64,000 bases of DNA from Actinomycetota bacterium (GTDB lineage: Bacteria; Actinomycetota; CADDZG01; WHSQ01): the NCBI GenBank assembly GCA_013697295.1, contig JACCXF010000202.1:4027-68026 (forward strand). The letters are read 5' to 3'. Within the stretch, counting starts at the first letter, position 1. Each line of letters begins with the position of its first letter. Below, piece after piece: positions 57,780 to 64,000 of the stretch. The notes beneath the pieces are model-generated. The model worked only from the letters and a program-made list of their open reading frames with translations, was not told the origin of the DNA and ran no database searches. Position numbers and translations under genes: made by a program.

Positions 57780-59134
57780 GCAGCCGGCTCTCCGTAGCGC
57801 GCGTCGGCCAGATCCGCGGCCCGGACGACAGCAGAGGTCACGTCGTCCCCGTCGATGCCACATGGAGCGTTGTCCATGTACACAACCTCGAGCCCCCCAT
57901 CCAGCGCCTTCCTCGTCGCGACGTCTATACCCGCCGCCTTAACCTCGCACAACAGAATGTCTGCGCCTCCTCCAAGTTCACCGATCTCCGCCTCCAACCG
58001 GGCCCTATCGGAGAGTGAATGAGTGATGCCGACCACCCTGCACCCATGAACCCGTTCGAGATGACTTGTGATCGACTCCGCCGCCTTCTCTGGAGCGGTC
58101 GTCGCTACAAACACGTCCGCCCCATCCACAGAAGCTGTCGGGGCCGGACGAAAAACGGTGCGAACAACCTGGATATCGCCCCCGGCTCCCTCTCCCTTTG
58201 TCTTCGGTCGAAAAGATCGCTGTATCGAAGAAACGATCGAAGAGATCCGGGAGGGCGAACCGAATGGGCTCTCACACATAGTAACGACCACGGTGTCGCA
58301 GAGCAACAATCGGTACAACCCCATGTACCCCACCAGGTATTCCTCGGGGATCGTCGCAGGAACCACCAGGATGGTCGCGTCGGCGTGGGCGGGGGGGATG
58401 GCCGACCCGGAACCCTCCAGTAACAGGAGGTCCCCGGGTAGATCGTTCGCCATCGCGATCCCCTGAGCGACATTGGAGTTCTCGACGGCCCCCGCCAAAC
58501 CCCCTCCGCAGCGCCGACACCCGACCGTCGGCACGCGGGCCAGCAGCGCGTCCTCGATGTAGTCGGACGCCGCGTGCCTCCCGGAATCGGCCAGGGCCAG
58601 GAGCTGGGTGGGAGTCAGCGAGATCTCGTCGCCCCTCAATATCTCTGGTTCGGGAGGCCCTCCTCGACCCATGGCCACCACGATGGGGTGGCGCCCCTCA
58701 TCCACTAGAGCTCTCGCTGCGAACCCGGCGACCGCGGTCTTGCCGGTTCGCTTCCCAGTCCCGATCACGGCGACCGAAGGTTTCTTCGCGAGGTGCGGGC
58801 GGGGCGGTGGGGAAAAGATGAAATCCGCGCCCTCGTAGGGGACGCCGTTGCTAAGGGCCACCCCCGCCAGGGCGTGGCGGCGACGGTAGTCCAGGACCGG
58901 TTCGTCCGACAGATCCAGAACCGCATCGGGCTGAAGCTTCATGAGTGAAGCTTCGAGGAGCCGGAGCGGGTCGGGCCCGCTCTCGACCGGCACACCGCCG
59001 AGCTGCGTGAGGCCGCCCGGGCCGATCTTCTCCACGCCGCCCACCAGAACGCACCCCGCGACCGAATGGCCGGAGACCCTCAAGTCCGACAAAGCGGCCT
59101 CGATGACCGGTGGATAGTGCTCGCCGTCGACCAC
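57776..59134 (-). CDS. cpgS: putative cyclic 2,3-diphosphoglycerate synthetase
   Basis: VVVDGEHYPPV N-terminus and P-loop GTGKRTGKT; about 452 aa from GTG 59134. The ATG at 59290 would overlap the divergent gene by 44 nt and adds a non-homologous-looking leader. Confidence 0.5.
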   Translation of the reverse strand: MVDGEHYPPVIEAALSDLRVSGHSVAGCVLVGGVEKIGPGGLTQLGGVPVESGPDPLRLLEASLMKLQPDAVLDLSDEPVLDYRRRHALAGVALSNGVPYEGADFIFSPPPRPHLAKKPSVAVIGTGKRTGKTAVAGFAARALVDEGRHPIVVAMGRGGPPEPEILRGDEISLTPTQLLALADSGRHAASDYIEDALLARVPTVGCRRCGGGLAGAVENSNVAQGIAMANDLPGDLLLLEGSGSAIPPAHADATILVVPATIPEEYLVGYMGLYRLLLCDTVVVTMCESPFGSPSRISSIVSSIQRSFRPKTKGEGAGGDIQVVRTVFRPAPTASVDGADVFVATTAPEKAAESITSHLERVHGCRVVGITHSLSDRARLEAEIGELGGGADILLCEVKAAGIDVATRKALDGGLEVVYMDNAPCGIDGDDVTSAVVRAADLADARYGEPAA

Positions 59135-59246
59135 AACCAGATAACGGATGGAAACCCCCAGAAAACGGAACGGGTTAGATACGGGGCTGAAAGGGAAACC
59201 TAAAGCAGTCAGCTTCCCTCGCTTAACCCAAAGGGGGCAACAAACA

Positions 59247-60017
59247 ATGCTCGGAAAGAACAAGGACACCTCGGCCACGGACCGGGACACGCACGTTCAC
59301 ACGCGCGATGTCGCCCGGGCTCGCGGCGGTGTTTCCTTCTGGTCGATCCTCACCGGGGTCGTTGTCGCGTACGGCGCGTTTCTTCTTATCTTCGCCATCG
59401 TCGCTGCTGCTACGGCGGCATCAGGAGTGGACGCGGACGCGGCGAGCGACGCAACCCGCGAGGTCGGTATCGGAGTAGCGATCGGAGCGGTCGTGACCTG
59501 GTTCCTCTCGTTTCTCTGGGGTGGCTACACCGCCGGGCGGATGGGACGTGGCGCGGGTGCGGTCAACGGACTGCTGGTCCCGGTCGTGTTCCTGCTCATC
59601 GGAGCGATCATCACGGCTCTTATCTCCGCTTTCGGCGAGACCGCCAACCTGCAGCTCCCGTTCACTGAGAACCAGCTCCCTATCCAGGGGAGTGAGCTCT
59701 ACGACTACTCCATCGGGTTCGGTATCGCGACCCTCGTAGCGATGTTTCTGGGGGCGATCCTCGGCGGAATGATGGGGCAGCGGTGGCACACCAAGCTCGA
59801 GCGTCGAGCGGTTGATCATGAGGAATCCGTCGCCGAAGAGCACCGTCGAGAGGCCATCGTCGACCGCGAGGAGAACCCACGCGACACGAGGCTCGAGGAG
59901 GCCCGCCGCGACGCGGCCACCACTCGGACAGATTCGACCGACAAAGATGTCGATCTACGGGACCGCAGCGCCGAGGAGGCACGCCGCACCACGGCCGAGC
60001 AGCAGAGGAACCGCTAG
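59247..60017 (+). CDS. membrane protein with charged C-terminal tail
   Basis: Start at ATG 59247 (SD AAGGGGG). Four hydrophobic segments, then an Arg/Glu/Asp-rich tail of about 75 aa. No family recognised. Confidence 0.6.
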   Translation: MLGKNKDTSATDRDTHVHTRDVARARGGVSFWSILTGVVVAYGAFLLIFAIVAAATAASGVDADAASDATREVGIGVAIGAVVTWFLSFLWGGYTAGRMGRGAGAVNGLLVPVVFLLIGAIITALISAFGETANLQLPFTENQLPIQGSELYDYSIGFGIATLVAMFLGAILGGMMGQRWHTKLERRAVDHEESVAEEHRREAIVDREENPRDTRLEEARRDAATTRTDSTDKDVDLRDRSAEEARRTTAEQQRNR

Positions 60018-60046
60018 CACCAGACCTAGAGAAACAGGTTCGAGCG

Positions 60047-60072
60047 AGAAGCCCGGGTCAGCCCGGGCTTCT
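60047..60072. terminator. bidirectional hairpin between convergent genes
   Basis: AGAAGCCCGGG / CCCGGGCTTCT, an 11-bp perfect stem with a 4-nt loop, between the membrane-protein stop (60017) and the thrB stop (60094). Confidence 0.5.
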
Positions 60073-60093
60073 TCGCGTCCGGATCACCGGGGC

Positions 60094-61029
60094 CTAGCCT
60101 TCCGTCGCGCCCGCCGATTCCCATTCGCTCACGAACACACGCCATCCTGCATCGCGCTCGCGGCAGACGCGGCGGACCTGTTCGGCCCTGGTTGCGGCTT
60201 CGGGGCGGGGGACGATGAGCAGCAGCGATGGGCCCGCCCCCGCGAGCGACACCGGCAAGCGCGCGGCGCGGAGCTCCTCGTGCACGGCGGCGGTCTCGGG
60301 CATCAGCGCGAGACGATGCGGCTCGTGGAGCCTGTCCGTCATCGCCTCGGCCAGGATGTCAGAACCTGCCCCCGAAGTCATCGCGCCAACCAACAGGGCG
60401 GCTCGCGAGGCGGTGAACTGCGCGTCCTCGAACGGCACTGCCGAGGGAAGTACCCGGCGCGCCTCCTCCGTCGGAAACCCCAACCGAGGCACCACGAGTA
60501 TCGGTACCAGTCGTTCGCTGACGTTCAGCCGGAAATGTTGTAGCTCGTTCGTCGCACCTCGATAGCAGACGACCAAGCCGCCGAGTAGCGCGGGCATGAC
60601 GTTGTCCGGATGCCCCTCCATAGAGGTGGCCAGTGCAACCATCTCGGCCTGCGGCACGGTTCGACCCGTAAGGGAACGCGCGGCAACCAGTCCGCCGACC
60701 GTAGCCGCCGCGGAGGATCCCAAGCCGGAAGCAAGCGGGATCGGATTCTTCACGCGTACCGCGTAACCCGGGGGCCGGCGCGCGACGTGGTCGAAGAAGG
60801 CGTTCATCGACTTGATGACGAGATTGGTGTCGTCGGTCGGGAGGTGGTCCGCGCCCTCGCCCTCCAGCATCACTTCGATCGAGTCGCGGCGGGGTTCGAT
60901 CTCGATCTCGAGGTGCATGCCGACCGCGGCCCCCAGCGCGTCGAATCCGGGCCCCAGGTTCGCGACCGTAGCCGGCACTCGAACTCGGACTGATGCCGTC
61001 ATGTCTTTCCCCCTACCGTGGAGTTCCAC
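60094..61029 (-). CDS. thrB: homoserine kinase
   Basis: GHMP kinase motif PLASGLGSSAAATVGG; 311 aa. Confidence 0.9.
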   Translation of the reverse strand: MELHGRGKDMTASVRVRVPATVANLGPGFDALGAAVGMHLEIEIEPRRDSIEVMLEGEGADHLPTDDTNLVIKSMNAFFDHVARRPPGYAVRVKNPIPLASGLGSSAAATVGGLVAARSLTGRTVPQAEMVALATSMEGHPDNVMPALLGGLVVCYRGATNELQHFRLNVSERLVPILVVPRLGFPTEEARRVLPSAVPFEDAQFTASRAALLVGAMTSGAGSDILAEAMTDRLHEPHRLALMPETAAVHEELRAARLPVSLAGAGPSLLLIVPRPEAATRAEQVRRVCRERDAGWRVFVSEWESAGATEG

Positions 61030-61064
61030 GCGGACGGATCAATGGCATGCCGTGCCGGATGAAA

Positions 61065-62129
61065 TCACGCCAGCTCCAACTTGGCCAGGATGGCCTCGAC
61101 ATTCGCCTCGACGATCTGGGGCCGTGGTCCGTCGCCGATAGCCGAGTCCGGATCCTTCAGGCCGTGCCCCGTCAAGACGCAGACGACTACCGCTCCCGAT
61201 GGCACCGCCCCCGAGGCCTTGAGCTGCCGCAGGCCGGCGATCGACGCCGCCGAAGCGAGCTCGACGAAGAGGCCTTCGCGGGCCAGGGATCTGTACCCGA
61301 GGACGATCTCATCATCGGGTACGGAGCGGATCGCTCCCTCCGACTCCTCCGCTGCCTGCAGAGCGCCTTTCCACGAAGCTGGATTCCCGATCCGGATCGC
61401 CGTCGCGATCGTGTCGGGCTCATCCACAACCGCTCCCCTGACGATGGGACTCGCGCCCTCCGCCTGAAATCCATACATGATCGGTGTATCGCTTATCCAG
61501 TTCGCTCGTCGTGCTTCCGAGTAGCCCCTCCAGTAAGCGGTGATGTTCCCCGCGTTCCCGACGGGCATGACGTGAAGGTCCGGTGCGCGTCCCAACGCTT
61601 GAGCGATCTCGAATGCGGCGGTCTTCTGTCCCTCGATGCGAAAAGGGTTCACCGAGTTCACGAGGGTTACGGGATACCTGTCCGCCAACTCCCTGCTTAG
61701 TTCGAGCGCGCGGTCGAAATTCCCTTCGATCTCGAGCACGGTTGCACCATGCACGAGGGCTTGCGCCAACTTTCCCAAAGCCACGTTCCCGCGGGGGATG
61801 AGAACGCCACAGGTCAGGCCCCCGCGGGCCGCGTAGGCGGCGGCGGACGCGCTCGTGTTACCCGTCGACGCGCACAAGACTGCGTCCGACCCCTCCTCGA
61901 GCGCCTTGGAGATCGCGAGGGTCATACCCCGGTCCTTGAACGAGCCGGTTGGGTTCAGGCCCTCGTACTTGAGCCACACCTCGGCGTCGACCTCATTCGA
62001 GAGGCGCTCGGAGAAGATCAAGGGAGTGTCTCCCTCGTCGAGGGTCACCACCGGTGTGGCATCAGAGACCGGTAGGTGGTCGAAGTAGCGCCGGATGATC
62101 CCGCGCCGGCCGGCGATGTCGACGGCCAC
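61065..62129 (-). CDS. thrC: threonine synthase
   Basis: PLP-lysine motif NPTGSFKDRGMT. Start set at GTG 62129 (SD GGAGG at 6 nt), just after the hom stop. Confidence 0.9.
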   Translation of the reverse strand: MAVDIAGRRGIIRRYFDHLPVSDATPVVTLDEGDTPLIFSERLSNEVDAEVWLKYEGLNPTGSFKDRGMTLAISKALEEGSDAVLCASTGNTSASAAAYAARGGLTCGVLIPRGNVALGKLAQALVHGATVLEIEGNFDRALELSRELADRYPVTLVNSVNPFRIEGQKTAAFEIAQALGRAPDLHVMPVGNAGNITAYWRGYSEARRANWISDTPIMYGFQAEGASPIVRGAVVDEPDTIATAIRIGNPASWKGALQAAEESEGAIRSVPDDEIVLGYRSLAREGLFVELASAASIAGLRQLKASGAVPSGAVVVCVLTGHGLKDPDSAIGDGPRPQIVEANVEAILAKLELA

Positions 62130-62130
62130 G

Positions 62131-63435
62131 TCAGGCCTCCGCCGTGCCGACGACTCGAAGACGCGAGTCGATGCTTCTGACGGAATCCAGCGTCTCGAGC
62201 TCCGCGAAGGTCTCGTCGTGCCGGCCCTCGGTGCCAACGTGTGTGATGAGCGCCAGCGTCGCTTCCTCGCCGATGCCCTCCTGTCTCACACTCGCGATCG
62301 ATATCTCGTGAGCGGCGAAGACTCCCGCTACGGCGGCGAGGACGCCGGGTTGGTCCAGCACCGACAGGACCACGTAGTACCGGACGTTCGCCTCGTGCGG
62401 CGGTCTCATCTGCGCCTTGTCGCGATAGCAGGTGCATCCCGTTGCTCGACCACCGGTAGCGACGTTGCGAGCGATCTCGACGATGTCGCCGACCACTGCG
62501 GATGCCGTGGGACCTCCACCCGCCCCGCGCCCAAGGAACATGAGCTCGCCGGCCTCCGCCCCAACCACGAAGACGGCGTTGAAAACGTCACGGACGGCCG
62601 CCAGTGGATGAAGTCGCGGCAGCATGGCCGGGTTAACCCTCGCCGAGACTTGGCCTTCGCTTTCTTCGGCTACGGCGAGCAACTTGATCTCGTAACCGAG
62701 CTCGTGCGCTGCCGCGACATCCTCCGGCGTGACCTTGGAGATGCCCTCACGCTCCACGTCGCTAGCGACCACCCGGGCGTTGAAGGCAAGCGAAGCGAGG
62801 ATCGCCAGCTTGGCTGCTGCGTCATGGCCCTCGATATCCGCCGATGGGTCGAGCTCCGGATAGCCGAGTCGTTCAGCCTCTCCGAGCGCGGCCTCGAACG
62901 TCTCGCCGGTCTCAGACATGCGCGTGAGGATGAAGTTCGTCGTGCCGTTGACGATCCCCATGACGCGGGTGACTCGGTCCCCCGCCAACGACTCCTTCAT
63001 GGGGCGGATGATGGGGATCCCGCCCGCGACCGAGCCCTCGAACAGCAGATCGACCCCCGCCTGTTCAGCAGCGCCCATCACCTTCTCCCCTAGCGTCGAG
63101 AGGAGTTCCTTGTTGGCGGTCACGATGTGCTTACCCGACCGCGCAGCTTCGATGATCAGGTCGCGCGCGGGCTCGACCCCCCCGATGGTCTCAACGATGA
63201 CGTCGATCGTCGGGTCCTTCACCACACTCCACGCGTCGGCGGTCCAAACTTCGTCGGGTAGCTGCACTGTCCGCGGTTTCGACAGGTCGCGTACGGCGAC
63301 CTTCGCCAGGTCGATCCGGACGCCAGCACGTTCCGACAAGGTCGCGGCCTGCTCGGTGAGCACGCGCGCGGTTGCACCGCCCACGATCCCGCAGCCGAGC
63401 AGCCCGACGCGGACGGCGTTGCGCCCGGTTGTCAT
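62131..63435 (-). CDS. hom: homoserine dehydrogenase
   Basis: NAD-binding VGLLGCGIVGG, catalytic domain and C-terminal ACT-like domain; 434 aa. Confidence 0.9.
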   Translation of the reverse strand: MTTGRNAVRVGLLGCGIVGGATARVLTEQAATLSERAGVRIDLAKVAVRDLSKPRTVQLPDEVWTADAWSVVKDPTIDVIVETIGGVEPARDLIIEAARSGKHIVTANKELLSTLGEKVMGAAEQAGVDLLFEGSVAGGIPIIRPMKESLAGDRVTRVMGIVNGTTNFILTRMSETGETFEAALGEAERLGYPELDPSADIEGHDAAAKLAILASLAFNARVVASDVEREGISKVTPEDVAAAHELGYEIKLLAVAEESEGQVSARVNPAMLPRLHPLAAVRDVFNAVFVVGAEAGELMFLGRGAGGGPTASAVVGDIVEIARNVATGGRATGCTCYRDKAQMRPPHEANVRYYVVLSVLDQPGVLAAVAGVFAAHEISIASVRQEGIGEEATLALITHVGTEGRHDETFAELETLDSVRSIDSRLRVVGTAEA

Positions 63436-64000
63436 GGAAGCCGCTCTAAACGCCCGGTGAAGATGAGCGTCACGCGGCCTCCGACCTGCACACGACCCTC
63501 GTCAGCTTTCAGGTAGATATGCGATGGCCTGCCCATCTCCACTCCCTGCATCATCTCGATCTCGATCTTGCCGAGCCGGTCCGCGAGGTAGACGCCGAGG
63601 GCGGCGGCGCCGGCTCCAGTAGCCGGATCTTCCGGTATCCCGAGTCCGGGGAAGAATCCCCGTGACCGCGCCCGGCCGGATCCTGCGGCGGTGAAGCAGT
63701 AGCCTCCTACCGTGCTGATCTCATCGAGCAGATGCCAGCGCGGCCGGCAGCGTTCGAGCACCTCGATGCTTCGCACGGGGATCAGAAGGGCCCGCATCCC
63801 CGCGTCCGCGAAGGCCGGCCGCAGGCGGCCGTTCATGCCGAGCTCTGTGGCTTCGAGCCCGATCTCGCCCGACTGCAGCCCGAATGCACGCTCGAGACGT
63901 TCGGGGGCGCGAATATCCAGATCTTCGAGGTCCGCTTCGGTGTCACCGTCCCGTTCTAGCCACAACAGATCGTCCATCACCGTGACCGTCGTGGACCCCG
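63432..64000 (-). CDS. PhzF-family isomerase (partial; N-terminus beyond window end)
   Basis: GGYCFTAAG..RGFFPGLGIPEDPATGAGAAALGVYL pattern. The frame is open to position 64000. Its stop overlaps the hom ATG (ATGA). Confidence 0.7.
   Translation of the reverse strand, partial: GSTTVTVMDDLLWLERDGDTEADLEDLDIRAPERLERAFGLQSGEIGLEATELGMNGRLRPAFADAGMRALLIPVRSIEVLERCRPRWHLLDEISTVGGYCFTAAGSGRARSRGFFPGLGIPEDPATGAGAAALGVYLADRLGKIEIEMMQGVEMGRPSHIYLKADEGRVQVGGRVTLIFTGRLERLP

Overview
High-GC, gene-dense chromosomal window that reads like core Actinomycetota genome. I call about 74 protein-coding genes, roughly nine in ten on the minus strand, many joined by ATGA/GTGA/TGATG start-stop overlaps. Two blocks follow gene orders known from Mycobacterium and Streptomyces. 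Block (i) is etfB-etfA ... iscS-mnmA ... ligA (19.1-27.1 kb). Block (ii) is hom-thrC-thrB ... rho-rpmE-DUF1385-prfA-prmC-tsaC ... rpiB-glyA-wecA-atpZ/atpI-atpBEFHAGDC ... murA (34.3-63.4 kb). Other content: partial hutI, an HD-GYP response regulator, glutamate dehydrogenase, patatin, an orphan ParA module, prepilin peptidase, folP, a PASTA Ser/Thr kinase, rhomboid, an SDR plus MaoC/hotdog operon, methylmalonyl-CoA mutase plus MeaB, and SpoIID. I saw no tRNA, rRNA, CRISPR array, transposase, integrase or phage gene. Points worth a second look: (1) a translationally coupled gene pair that looks like the archaeal cyclic 2,3-diphosphoglycerate pathway (2-phosphoglycerate kinase plus cDPG synthetase), inserted with an aldolase between thrB and rho and fused to rho with no leader. 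(2) Two very basic low-complexity proteins, one built from about 30 TTGRKK-type hexapeptides. (3) Unassigned structured non-coding DNA: a duplicated ~75-nt hairpin element upstream of iscS, a ~330-bp structured region downstream of ligA, a 530-bp gap upstream of dodecin, and a dispersed palindrome GCGATCGTC-NN-GACGATCGC. (4) An ~88-aa acidic repeat tail on ATP synthase alpha. (5) A perfect Rex-type operator in front of the atp operon. (6) Unannotated small ORFs, including a 57-codon membrane ORF coupled to rpmE. All family assignments rest on motif recognition by eye; no searches were run. Several start codons were moved from the ORF-track maxima using Shine-Dalgarno (SD) spacing, overlaps and expected N-termini, and remain uncertain.
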